Of a stretch of DNA of 64,000 nt, positions 26,601 to 39,303 are shown piece by piece. The position numbers were made by a program, and so were the translations under genes. Each line of letters opens with the position of its first letter. The stretch's first letter is position 1. Under the pieces are notes generated by a model. It made no database searches, had not been told where the DNA came from, and saw nothing but the letters and a program-made list of their open reading frames with translations. The DNA comes from Eledone cirrhosa (taxonomy: Eukaryota), in contig OZ024765.1 of NCBI GenBank assembly GCA_964016885.1, positions 21,080,001-21,144,000 of the forward strand, given 5' to 3'.

Positions 26601-27800
26601 CATCACCTCACATTAATGAGGTTAGATGGTGTGCCTGGTGAGGGTACTTGGTGGTTCCACTGTCTTAGCCTCTCCATCACCTCACATTAATGAGGTTAGA
26701 TGGTGTGCCTGGTGAGGGTACTTGCTGGTTCCAGTGTCTTAGCCTCTCCATCACTTCACATTAATGAGGTTAGATGGTGTGCCTGGTGAGGGTACTTGCT
26801 GGTTCCACTGTCTTAGCCTCTCCATCACCTCACATTAATGAGGTTAGATGGTGTGCCTGGTGAGGGTACTTGCTGGTTCCAGTGTCTTAGCCTCTCCATC
26901 ACCTCACATTAATGAGGTTAGATGGTGTGCCTGGTGAGGGTACTTGGTGGTTCCACTGTCTTAGCCTCTCCATCACCTCACATTAATGAGGTTAGATGGT
27001 GTGCCTGGTGAGGGTACTTGCTGGTTCCAGTGTCTTAGCCTCTCCATCACCTCACATTAATGAGGTTAGATGGTGTGCCTGGTGAGGGTACTTGGTGGTT
27101 CCACTGTCTTAGCCTCTCCATCACCTCACATTAATGAGGTTAGATGGTGTGCTTGGTGAGGGTACTTGCTGGTTCCACTGTCTTAGCCTCTCCATCACCT
27201 CACATTAATGAGGTTAGATGATGTTCCTGGTGAGGGTACTTGCTGGTTCCAGTGTCTTAGCCTCTCCATCACCTCACATTAATGAGGTTACATGGTGTGC
27301 CTGGTGAGGGTACTTGCTGGTTCCAGTGTCTTAGCCTCTCCATCACCTCACATTAATGAGGTTAGATGATGTTCCTGGTGAGGGTACTTGCTGGTTCCAG
27401 TGTCTTAGCCTCTCCATCACCTCACATTAATGAGGTTACATGGTGTGCCTGGTGAGGGTACTTGCTGGTTCCAGTGTCTTAGCCTCTCCATCACCTCACA
27501 TTAATGAGGTTAGATGATGTGCCTGGTGAGGGTACTTGCTGGTTCCACTGTCTTAGCCTCTCCATCAGCTCACATTAATGAGGTTAGATGGTGTGCCTGC
27601 TGAGGGTCCTTGGTGGTTCCAGTGTCTTAGCCTCTCCATCACCTCATATTATTGAGGTCAGGTGATGTTCCTGGTGAGGGTACTTCGTGGTTTCAGTGTC
27701 TTAGCCTCTCCATCACCTCACATTAATGAGGTTAGATGGTGGGCCTGGTGAGGATTCTTGGTGGTTCCAGTGTCTTAGCCTCTCCATCACCTCACATTAA
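14624..27800. repeat. 74-bp satellite array, ~178 copies (13.2 kb)
   Basis: Unit attaatgaggttagatggtgtgcctggtgagggtacttg(c/g)tggttcca(c/g)tgtcttagcctctccatcacctcac, highly homogeneous, more diverged at the right edge. Confidence 0.99.
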
Positions 27801-28170
27801 CTTGAGGCAAGAGTGGTTGTCTTGCTCGTATAGGACTGTCTGGCTGGTTTTCTACAGCTGGATGCCCTTCCTAACTCCAACCACATTTACAGTGTGGGAC
27901 TGGGAGGTTTTTACCGTGTTACCTACACGGCCACATTACAGCGTGTACTGTGTGTTTTTTTGTCGTGACACCTACACGATCTCATTTGTTTCGGACTGGA
28001 TGTTGTGGCACCAACATAACTTTACATTGAAGGGGCGATGTGGATGGGGGTGTATTTTGTTAGAGGTGCCTCCTGACTGTAGTAGGTTTCACTTTGTACT
28101 TAGGTAAGGCGGGTCTTCTCTATTACTGTGTAGCGCCAAAGATCTCGGTCCAGCGATCTTTGGTGCTACA
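27801..28170 (-). mobile_element. RTE subfamily-2 3' fragment truncating the 74-bp array
   Basis: Reverse complement of ~30520-30890; shares ctacagctggatgcccttcctaa motif. Confidence 0.85.
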
Positions 28171-28275
28171 CATATATATATGTATATATATATATACATT
28201 ATGTATATAGATATATATATATATAAATTATATAAGTATACATTATGGTACCTGTATATAATCTATATATAGATA

Positions 28276-29129
28276 TGTAGCGAAATCTGTCCGCACCTTG
28301 AACTTTGGGTGATACCTAAAGGTTTAATTCTAGGTTAATACCCTTTTTGGTGTAGACAGGTTGTGTTGACTATCCCCTCAAAGTGGGGGACAGGAAGCGA
28401 CAGGTATATAAAGCCTGTGCTATCATCCCACTCAAGGAGAAACATCGCAGCATTACACCTACAACAAACTATGTAAGGATTTACTGCTATCAATAGACCC
28501 CCCCCCCCAGTGGTCTACAGCCAGAGACATCGGAGCACCCCATTACAGAAGAAGCTATGTAAAGATTCACCACTATTCAACAGACCCCATGAGGTCTACA
28601 GATACAACCAGAGCAATTGGAATCTTACTACTACAGAACACAAATGTTGAAGATTCACCGCTGTCTGCAGGCCACGGTATTTAACAGTTACTACAGACCA
28701 TTCAGAGATATACATACCATATCTCTTTCTCTCTTACTAACACGGTCTCACAACGACTACCACGGACTCCAAATTCCAACAACAACAACAATTATCTGTC
28801 GCTCACTGCTAACACACCAACAACAACAACAACAACAGACTACAACAGTCTCACATGAGTAGCAATAACAACATTAACAACTCTTGGTAATTGTTTTATA
28901 TGTACTTTTTAATTGATTCACGTGAAGTAAACTATATATAACCAAATCATTTATTCTTATATTCATTATATTTTCGTTATTACACCTATTCTTTTTATAC
29001 TTGTTATTTCAACTATTATTCATGTCATTTCCTCTAACAATTTTGTTATTACATTTAACAATCTTGTTATTATCACATATCTAAATAACCACATATATCC
29101 ATCTAACTTCATTTTTAACCCTTCGTTAA

Positions 29130-29130
<1 letters not shown>
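28276..29130 (+). mobile_element. Probable solo LTR
   Basis: Begins TGTAGCGAA, ends TTCGTTAAA (imperfect inverted termini), TATA-like ggtatataaagcc at ~28404, both ends abut (TA)n. No clear TSD. Confidence 0.45.
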
Positions 29131-29197
<67 letters not shown>

Positions 29198-29234
29198 TCA
29201 GAGCAAACATCACGGACGCTCTATCACAAAATTA

Positions 29235-29270
29235 TTTTTGAAAAGCATTAGAAATGCGCAACCGGTAAAA
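29235..29270 (+). ncRNA. Hammerhead-like relic with U3:A8 core (TTGAAAA)
   Basis: ttt-TTGAAAA-gcatt(aga)aatgc-GCAA-ccgg-TA/aaa; palindromic stem III, GAAA mutated to GCAA. Confidence 0.4.
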
Positions 29271-29378
29271 CTTAAAACCAAAACTGAATACTAACCAATA
29301 CTATTACTAATTCTCACTTATTCCTAATTAAACTATTTTTCAATGTGAACAATTTGTCAGCATTTTCTATTCCGTTTA

Positions 29379-29433
<55 letters not shown>

Positions 29434-30310
29434 ATATATATGTGTGTGTGTGTATGTGTGTATTTATATGTATTTATATATTTATGATAAAATGTTAACT
29501 AATTAAGTTTGTGTACACAACACACCAATCAGTGAATAATGATGTAATTAGGTTAAAGCACTCTACGTCACTGTTTTATTCTAAATATAATTAAATATAA
29601 TTATTTGGTTTGTGAAGAAATATCTGTGGGGGAGGGTTGGGGTTGATGTGTCAGATAGGCTTGTCCTAATGGTTCTAACTAAATAGAAGGGGTGGGAGAG
29701 GGGTGAGTATATATATTAATTTAAGGTTAATTAGTCACTAATACCCAAACATCTTAATGAAAGACATCTCACAGAAAAGCAATAGTATATATTTAAATTA
29801 AATTATACTCCCATAAATAGAGCTTTTAATTTTAATATAATATATATATGTGAATATATATAAAATGTATGTAGAGTATATTTGGCAATATATCTGTATG
29901 TTTAATTAAACACATTTTTAAGACCTTGCGCTATTATTTTAAAGTAGTGACTATGTCACTTACTTCTTTTTTCAACAAAGGAAGGGAGATAAGCTGACAG
30001 ATGTTTCACACTGTTGGTGTTCCTCAGAGCAACGTACTCGCCGACCTATATATGTATGTATATATATATATATATGTGGGTGTATATATATATATATATA
30101 TATACATATATATATGTGTGTGTGTGTGTGTATGTATATATACTATATATATATACATAGGACCATGACAAGTGGAGAGATGCTGAATAGGACCTGTCCA
30201 ACCTTTGCAAACAGGGAAAAACGGACGTAAAATGATGATGATGATGATCCATATATATATATATGTATATATATATCTATCTCTCTCTCTATATATATAT
30301 ATATAAAAAT

Positions 30311-30958
30311 TAGGAATAAGAGGGATCAGATGTTGTTTACTCGAGAGAAGGTTACGTTGGTATGGTCACGTGATGCGCATGAAAGACGACAGCTGTATAA
30401 AAAAGTGCAGGGCAATAAAGATAGACGGTAGCCACGTGGTAGGCAGACACAGAAAAACCTGGGACAACTTGATAAATTCCGACCTCACACACTTACACCT
30501 CTCCAAGACAATATCACTGGACCGAGATCTTTGGTGCTACACAGTAATACAGAAGACCCGCCTTACCTAAGTACAAAGTGAAACCTACTACAGTCAGTAG
30601 GCACCTCTAACAAAACACACCCCCGTCCCACTACCCCCACCCCATCCACACCACCCCTTTCAATGTAAAGTTATGTTGGTACCACAACATCCAATCCTAA
30701 ACAAATGAGATCGTGTAGGTGTCACGACAAAAAAACACACAGTCCACGCTGTAATGTGGCCGTGTAGGTAACACGGTAAAAACCTCCCAGCCCCACACTG
30801 TAAATGTGGTTGGTGTTAGGAAGGGCATCCAGCTGTAGAAAACCCGCCAGTCAGTCATATGCGAGCGAGACAATCACTCTTGCCTCAAGTGGGAAAACTC
30901 CCGTCCAAACCCATGCAAGCGTGGAAGATGGACGTTAAACGATGATGATGATGATGAT
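30311..30958 (+). mobile_element. RTE subfamily-2 3' fragment
   Basis: RLRWYGHVMRMKDDSCIKKC...GRHRKTW; 3' UTR ending ggacgttaaac(gat)n. Confidence 0.9.
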
Positions 30959-30997
<39 letters not shown>

Positions 30998-31088
30998 CAA
31001 TGATATTAACTAAATGGAAACTATATATATAAAACCATATTTATTCTATTGTTTATATATCTATATATTTCCCTCCATCTCAACTCTA

Positions 31089-31123
31089 CTTTTGAAAAGC
31101 AGAAGAACTGCGAAACGGTAAAG
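31089..31123 (+). ncRNA. Hammerhead-like motif with U3:A8 core (TTGAAAA)
   Basis: ctt-TTGAAAA-gcag(aagaa)ctgc-GAAA-cgg-TA/aag. Confidence 0.45.
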
Positions 31124-31272
31124 GAACCAAATAAATATATTTAAAAAAACAAGACTCCAGTTGCATTTTCGATTTCCCCTTTTTTCCTTATACTTTCACC
31201 CGCGTAGGACACCTCGGTTATTTGTTATTTTGTAGTAAAAAAAAAAAAAAAAAGAAAAAAAAGAAACTTCAC

Positions 31273-31334
<62 letters not shown>

Positions 31335-31336
<2 letters not shown>

Positions 31337-31659
31337 TCATTTCATTTTACGTCCGCTTTTTCCCTGCTTGCAAGGGTGGGACAGGAACTGATTCTGGCTT
31401 GATTTCTACAGCTGGATGCCCTTCCTAACACAACCTCATTTACAGTGAGTGCTGGGTGCTTATTTGCCATGGCACCTCCACGACCACTTTGCAGTGGAAT
31501 GATAGGGACCGCAGTCCCTATCATCTCATTTCTACAGCTGAGTAAACTGGAGCAATGTGAAATAAAGTGTCTTGCTCAAGGAAACAACACATCACCTGGT
31601 CTGAGAATTGAACTCACAACCTATCGATTGCAAGGCTCTAACCACTAAGCCATGTGCCT
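31335..31659 (-). mobile_element. CORE-SINE family A, full length, short-tail variant
   Basis: A box tggcttagtgg, B box gagttcaattc, CORE-like segment ~31519-31581, RTE tail, (ATG)n. Confidence 0.9.
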
Positions 31660-31858
31660 TTAATATATATATATATTTTTTTTTTTTTAAAGAGTTAAAC
31701 AAGATTCAATGAGTATATCAAAGAATGAGTTTTACAGTAGATTGGAAGCACTCTACGAATAATAATATATATATATATATAACAAACGAAATGTGGTAAG
31801 GAACCAGATAGACCATAACGCGGCAAAGTACTCAATACTTAGGGTAGTAGAGTGGGTA

Positions 31859-31969
31859 ATAGGAACAAGTATGACCCCGACGGCAGAGCTCAAGCCGTTT
31901 CGACGGCTAATTCAAAATTAGCCGTCGAAACGGCTTGAGCTCTGCCGTCGGGGTCATACTTGTTCCTAT
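31859..31969. repeat. Perfect fold-back palindrome; unfolded relative at ~5103-5220
   Basis: ataggaacaagtatgaccccgacggcagagctcaagccgtttcgacggctaatt / aattagccgtcgaaacggcttgagctctgccgtcggggtcatacttgttcctat. Confidence 0.9.
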
Positions 31970-32325
31970 ATATATATATATATATATATGCATATATATA
32001 TAACACTATTAACGTTCTGCCGTCTATCTCACTCAACAAATCTAGTGAATTACAGTTATACAGCTGCAATCACCTGAGTGACATTTAGTTCTACTGTAGA
32101 GAAATGGCCATGTTTTTATTTAGAGATGAATATTAAAATTCCTGAACGATCTTTGCTGTGTAATATTTCTTCACTAATGGAGATTTTACTACTGCAATGT
32201 TCAGAAAATCACGTAAATTCATCAGATAAGTACGCAATCAGGCCATTACATATCTTGTGTCGGTGCTCTGAAATAGTGACGAGTTTATGAATGTATGTAT
32301 TGTATATTTAATAATGTAATATATG

Positions 32326-32485
32326 TCCTGTTGTGGGCAGTGTCCAGTCGGCTGACCTCGTCTTGCTCATCAGTTCCCGTATGAGCAAGACAAGGTCAGC
32401 CGACTGGACACTGCCCACAACAGGATAACCTGTCTAACCCATGCTAGCGTGGAAGACCGGACATAAAACGGTGACGATGATGATG
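32326..32485 (+). mobile_element. Short RTE/SINE-A 3' tail with fold-back 5' inversion
   Basis: 32326-32370 is the reverse complement of 32380-32425; ends (gat)n. Confidence 0.85.
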
Positions 32486-32539
32486 TTTATTTTAAAACAT
32501 TTTAAGGGCCTTTCGTTATGAATTTAACTCTTTAGCATT

Positions 32540-33683
32540 TACTCTATATATACTATTGTATTTTCACAGTAAAGGCTTTACCTCACATAATATCTCACAT
32601 AACATTTACATTACTCTATATATACTATTGTATTTTCACAGTAAAGGCTTTATCTCACATAATATCTCACATAACATTTACATTACTCTATATATACTAT
32701 TGTATTTTCACAGTAAAGGCTTTACCTCACATAATATCTCACATAACATTTACATTACTCTATATATACTATTGTATTTTCACAGTAAAGGCTTTAGCTC
32801 ACATAATATCTCACATAACATTTACATTACATTATATATACTATTGTATTTTCACAGTAAAGGCTTTACCTCACATAATATCTTACAACATTTACATTAC
32901 TCTATATATACTATTGTATTTTCACAGTAAAGGCTTTATCTCACATAATATCTCACGTAATATTTACATTACTCTACATATACTATTGTATTTTCACAGT
33001 AAAGGCTTTATCTCACATAATATCTCACATAACATTTACATTACTCTATATATACTATTGTATTTTCACAGTAAAGGCTTTACCTCACATAATATCTCAC
33101 ATAACATTTACATTACTCTATATATACTATTGTATTTTCACAGTAAAGTCTTTACCTCACATAATATCTCACATAACATTTATATTACTCTATATATACT
33201 ATTGTATTTTCACAGTAAAGTCTTTACCTCACATAATATCTCACATAACATTTATATTACTCTATATATACTATTGTATTTTCGCAGTAAAGTCTTTACC
33301 TCACATAATATCTCACATAACATTTACATTACTCTATATATACTATTGTATTTTCACAGTAAAGTCTTTACCTCACATAATATCTCACATAACATTTATA
33401 TTACTCTATATATATTATTGTATTTTCACAGTAAAGTCTTTACCTCACATAATACTTCACATAACATTTACATTACTCTATATATACTATTGTATTTTCA
33501 CAGTAAAGGCTTTTCCTCACATAATATCTCACATAACATTTACATTACTCTATATATACTATTGTATTTTCACAGTAAAGTCTTTACCTCACATAATATC
33601 GCACATAACATTTAAATTACTCTATATATACTATTGTATTTTCACAGTAAAGGCTTTACCTCACATAATATCTCACATAACAT
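32540..33683. repeat. 72-bp satellite, left block (~16 copies)
   Basis: Unit cattactctatatatactattgtattttcacagtaaaggctttacctcacataatatctcacataacattta. Confidence 0.97.
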
Positions 33684-33893
33684 CTCGTATACGAGAGACG
33701 TGTGTTGACGTGTGTGAACAAGCTCGGCTACCGAGTCGGATTTACTTACTCAAAAGTGAGTTTTGATTAATTTTTTTATACTGTAATATGCGTTAACCCC
33801 TTGCCTTGGTCGTCAAACTTTGAGTTTATTTATTTTCGCCCCTTTTTGGGGCGAATTTTCCAGTTAAAAACTTATTACGGCAAACTAATAGAA

Positions 33894-35630
33894 ATGGACG
33901 GAATTTTCACATCTCATCCTAACGTGAAAGCCACGCCCCCTAAGAAAGGTGATACAGAGAAGCTAGAAGCACAAGGCTCTAAGTCTTCCCTCCTCACTTC
34001 TGCAAAAGAAACATGGAACACGGAATTAAAAGAAAAATTTGTAAAAATGGGTGAAAACCCAGAAAGTCACATAAACGCAGACAAAAACAACAACGACAAT
34101 AACAGCAATAGTCACAACACCAACCAAGGAAAAAATAACGATAACACCAAACAAAGCGAACCCACTACTGGTGCCTCCTTTGCACAGGCGGTCCGGAAAA
34201 CACAAACCTGCAAGCAACTGGACATTACAACTCTGTGAGAAAAGATGAAGGAAGCGAAACAGTATGTAACTTTCAAAGAAGGAGGAGACTTCACAATCAC
34301 CTCCCCACAAGAAATCAAAAGAGACACGACGCTAAGAACGATATCTTTCAGAACAATTTCCAACATAACAAGGAAACCAACTCAATTATCCCAAAAAGAG
34401 ATTGAGCTGGTCCTAAAAAATGTGTGGAGTGATATATCGTTCATACAAAAAGGGCCACTCTATGGGAATATAACGGTCCTAATGAAGGATCAATTGACGG
34501 CCAGGAAATACTCTGTGGCGCCAATTGTTTCCAAGCTAAATACATTTTTCCCCACATATTTAGGGAAAAGAACGCAGAAGATAAGGGTCTCCGGAATCTG
34601 GCCAAATGCATGCATTTCCTGGGTACTAACAGGATTTTTAGAAGACGAGGACGGAATCCTTTCAGTAGGAGAAGTCACCACAGACGTTTTCGGCGGTTTG
34701 AGCGTGGAGGTTCTGGTCCAAATGAGACCAGAACGAATAGCTAGAATACCACAGAGGGTGTCCCTCGATGGAGAAACATTTATATATATTTCAGCCGAGG
34801 GTAGGAGGCCCATATGTTACTACTGTTCAAGCAGGGGTCATCTAAGGGCTGCTTGTCCTCAATTGACAAAAAAAAGGCTCTTTTGCCTACACCCCACACA
34901 CCACCACCGCCACCACCACCACCACCACCTCCACCACCACAACAACAACAACAAAAACAACACGAAAAAATAACACAAGACACGGCCCCACCCAAAACAA
35001 CTCCCAAAACACACACAAATACAACAAAACCGCAAAATACACCACTACCCGACAGCACGGACGAGGACCCAGCGGAAACGGCACCTAGTGACGAAGAGGG
35101 GGAACCCTTCCAGCCTGTAAAAAGGAAAAAAAGAAAGCACCACTCGAACATAAACGAAACAAACACACAACCACCAACAAAAACAAAACAAACAGAACAA
35201 ACAAAATCCTCCCCACCCCAAAACATAACACATACAACAAAACGTAAGCACACACAAGAACAACAAACAAACACAACACAAATAAAACAGTATACATACA
35301 TTAACACAAATAACAAAGAACTAGTAAAAAACAATACACAAAGACCATTCGGTGGAAACTGAAGGGCAATTCTTTGCAAGCGCGGCCAACAAACCGCATT
35401 TAAAAATGATAAGACTCCCAATGGACACCTATGCAAAACTAAGAGAGAACTTTCCTGAGGACGTGGGGAAAACATGTACTCGACCCTATAACCGCGTCCT
35501 CTTGAAACGTTTCCCCACCCACACCTCACCAAACACCCCCACTCCACCACAGAACAACACCCCACCAAACAACCCCTCCAATACGCCCATGGATATTGTG
35601 CAACCTGCTCCTCAGGAGCCGAACAGGTAG
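33894..35630 (+). pseudogene. Tx1/L1 ORF1 (gag-like, CCHC zinc knuckle), disrupted
   Basis: SFAQAV motif, CYYCSSRGHLRAAC knuckle, FQPVKRKKRK basic motif; in-frame TGA at 34236 and frameshifts near 34870 and 35350. Confidence 0.8.
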
Positions 35631-35651
35631 GTCCTTCCTCTTTTAACCAAC

Positions 35652-38600
35652 ATGGCTGATATAAGAGTTGGGTGTCTGAATGTACGTGGCCTGGGACTGT
35701 CTTGGAAACAAGGCAAACTTTTAAACGATCTCAGGTCGCATAGAATGGATGTAATGGCTATTTGCGAGTGCAGGATCAACAGCGAGCACCAACTGGCGCC
35801 CCTCTTCGACGACTTTGAGATCTTCGCATCTCTCTGTCAACCGGGGGGTGGGGGTGGAGTTGTCGTTCTGCTGCGAAAACACCTGGGCCTCGCCATACAG
35901 AAGGTGCACCTGGACCCGGAGGGTCGACTGGTGGTTTTAGACGTCGGCAGTAGTGAAAGTGGAGCCCTTAGACTAATAGCTGTGTACAGCTGTGTACAGC
36001 GCGGCCGGAATACTTCCAACATCTGGAAACTTTTCTGGGAACGTCCCGCTCCTTGCTTTTAGTGGGGGACTGGAATGGTATCCTGGATGCACGTTGGGAC
36101 TATGTAGGGGCATGTGCCAATAGAGGAGGGTGTAAAAGCCTCAAAAGGTTAATCGGCCAATTTGACCTGGCCGATAGATATCGACTAGATTTTCCGACTG
36201 TACCACTATGGACGTGGACCAATCGCAGTGGAACATCTAGGTCGTACCTAGATAGGGTCCTAGTTAGAGAGAAGGATAGGGACACATTTAGCTGTCCAAA
36301 AATGTTCATGGTTGACTATTCGGATCACAAGTTAGTGACCTGCATAGCCAACCTTGATAGAACCCATAGACAGGGACCCGGTTACTGGAAGCTGAACTTG
36401 TCCTTACCGAGAAGCAAAGCTTACAGTAAACGGATTAGTACGTTAGTTAAGCAGAGTTTGACAGGGGCAATTGTCAACAACAGGTGGTGGAGCTCTCTTA
36501 AGAGAGCAATTAGAATAGAATCGATAGGTTTTAGTCAGGAATTAGCAAGGGATAGGAACAAGACGGAAAGGGAATTAGTAGATAGAGTAGAAGAGGCGAT
36601 TAGGAGTGGAAATGTAGCCGGCGTGCTGGCATCAAGAATGGCTTTAGACCAGTTCTTTGAGGTGAAGCATGAAGGCTGCGTTGTCAGGAGTAAAATACGT
36701 GCTCTGGGTAATGAGGGAGCCAAAGCTGTTAGCTGGGCCCGAGTGACAGAGGCAAAAAGTGGGAACAAGTCCACGATTCGGTCTTTGAAGGACCAGGATG
36801 GGCGTGTGATCCTTGAACCTGGGCAGATGTGTGCGGCCTTTCAGCGGCACTTTGCACGACTGTTCGAGAGGGGCGGCGCGCCGGGTGAGACTATGGATTT
36901 CAATCCATACCTCGACGGTCTGCCGCGAAGTCCTGCGAAAGGACGATTTCAGCTGCTGAGATAGGGGCGGCGCTGAGCCAATGCGGCAAACGCAAATCCC
37001 CGGGTCTCGATGGTCTACCATACGAGCTATATGTAGCGATGCCGGACTTGTTCTCCGATATCCTCGAAGCGGTCTACTGCAACTGGCAGCAGAACGGGAG
37101 AATTCCCAGTTCTGTGACCAAGGGTGTAGTTACGCTGGTGAGGAAGGATGAGAACAAGGGGGATGACATAAGTAACTTCAGGCCCATAACTCTGCTAAAT
37201 ACAGAGTTAAAGATTTTGGCCAAGGTGTTAGCGAAGAGGTTGGCGCTTGTCGTTGGAAACCTGGTGGGAGAAGCGCAGACATGTGCAATCCCGTCCAGGT
37301 CCATTCACGACAATCTCCACCTTATGCGATACATCATAGAGAGGGTAGGGAATGAACCCGGCTTTAGTGGGGCCCTGATCAACTTGGATCAATCTAAAGC
37401 TTTCGATAGGGTTGACCATCGTTACCTGGATGCGGTGCTCGCGGCGGCAGGCTTCGGACCCGTTTTCAGGGGTTGGATTGCTGCGATGCACAGCAGCAAC
37501 GTCTGCTCAAGGGTCAAGGTGAACGGCCACCTCTCAGAGCCATTCCAAATCATGCAATCCATCCGACAGGGATGCCCTCTCTCCTCCCTACTGTATGTGC
37601 TGGCTCTTGAGCCACTACTGCGGAAGTTGGAGCGGTTGCAGGGCATCCCTTTGGAACCGGGATTGCAGAAAGCGGCGTCGGCCTACGCCGATGACGTGAC
37701 AGTAATGGTGTCGAAAACCTCGCAAATCGGTGAGATCGGCACCTTACTGGAGGAATATGAAAGGTTTACAGGAGCCAAGCTGAACCGGGACAAGTCCGTC
37801 GGTTTGCAACTCGGAACATGGAGAGGCAAACCGATGCCCTCCAACGACGTCGTCGGACGCTGGACGGAGGGCCCGGTGAAGCTGCTCGGGGTCTGGTTCG
37901 GACCAGACCTCCAGGTGGAGAAAAACTGGAACGAGGTAACGGCCAGGGTGTTTGCACTCACCCAGAAGTGGGCCCAGTGCAAACTATCCCTGAAAGGTCG
38001 AGCGGAGGTGGCGAATACTTATATAGCATCCGTCATCTACTACCGCTTGACCGTCGTGCCTTGCCCAGTGAAAAGACTCGCCAAAATGGAGTGCGAGCTG
38101 TTCCAATTTCTTTGGAACAAGCGGACCCCTTTGGTGAGGAGATCCATCTGCTGTCAACACCCTTCGAAAGGAGGGCTGGGGATGCCGTGGCTACAGATGC
38201 GTAAACACGCATTAAGGCTACGGCACCTCCAGGTATTCCTCACCGGTCAACCGGTGTGGGCCCCGTTTGTGAGGCGAGCCTTTCCCAGACTCGTCTCGCT
38301 CACCGAGCTGCAATCCTGGGTCAAGCAAAGACCGAGAAAAGTGGGCGACTGGCACATTGAATGTGCCCAGGCGCTCACAGCCCTCTGGAAAGCGGACCCG
38401 GCAATCAGTGGAGACTCCACCTCGACATTCTATAGAGGGTTGGTACGCAGCAGGTGCGACGATGCTCTCGGAGAAGCTCTAGGCATGGAGGAAGATGAAC
38501 TGGCCAGTCTGTTCGGTAGGACGTTTGGCCCTGGACCGATGGACAACTTCCAAAAGTCCCTGGCTTGGCAGTGCTACCGAGGGGCTCTACCCGTTCGAGA

Positions 38601-39066
38601 CAAGCTCCACAGGCATGGGAGCTTGGGTAGAGATCCTTTGAATAAGATCTGTCCGAGATGCGTGCATGATGACGAAACCGTTGCGCACGCATTCGTACAC
38701 TGCCCAGGCATTGCTGACCTGTGGGGCTATGTGGAACGACTACTGTCGAGGGTGGGACCAATCCGGTTGACCACCGAGTCCATTGTCACGATCAAACCGC
38801 CTCCCCTTTTCAAAAACGAAGGAGAGGCGGTTTTTCTCTGTGTGATAGCCATGGCTAAAGAAGTTGTATGGTGGACGAGGCTGAAAGGGCTGAGGTCAGA
38901 CACCTTTCTCTCCGGCCAACAACTGGTCCCCTTTTTCAAATACCATTTTAAAAGAAGGATCAGAATGGAGAGAGAGGTGCTCTACCCCAGCAAGTTTTAT
39001 GAAAGGTGGGTGAAAGTAGGGAGAATAGCCAGAGTGAATGGGTCTTCTCTCTATATCAGCCTGTAG
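35652..39066 (+). pseudogene. Tx1/L1 ORF2 (APE endonuclease, RT, zf-RVT), frameshifted
   Basis: LNVRGL, GDWN, SYLD, SDH (endonuclease); FRPITLLN, KAFDRV, RQGCPLS, YADD (RT); CPRC..ETVAHAFVHC. Frameshifts near 35990 (10-bp duplication) and 36950. Confidence 0.92.
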
Positions 39067-39303
39067 GTGAAAGAAGAGGAAAAAGAGGAGACGAGGGAAG
39101 CACCTACTCTTTGTGCTCCTGAGGAGAAGGGTTGCACATTTTTTCCGGGGTGTGTGCGACCCATGTTAATGCCCCCTCCCTATTGAGGACTTCATTTGTT
39201 GTTGTTATTTCATTGTTATATTTTTGTACTCGTTAATTATATGTAAACTTCCCCCCTTGTATCTGTCCCTACCTTTTGTGCCCTAGTGGCAAATAAAGAA
39301 ACC

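Larger units (their letters stand above)
33684..39303 (+). mobile_element. Apparently full-length Tx1/L1-clade LINE inserted in the 72-bp satellite
   Basis: 5' UTR, ORF1, ORF2 and 3' UTR ending aataaagaaacc; satellite resumes nearly in register on both sides. Confidence 0.92.

Noticed and set aside
14624-27800. CRISPR-like appearance of the 74-, 72- and 48-bp arrays
   Set aside because: No unique spacers, no cas genes, eukaryotic context; these are plain tandem satellites.
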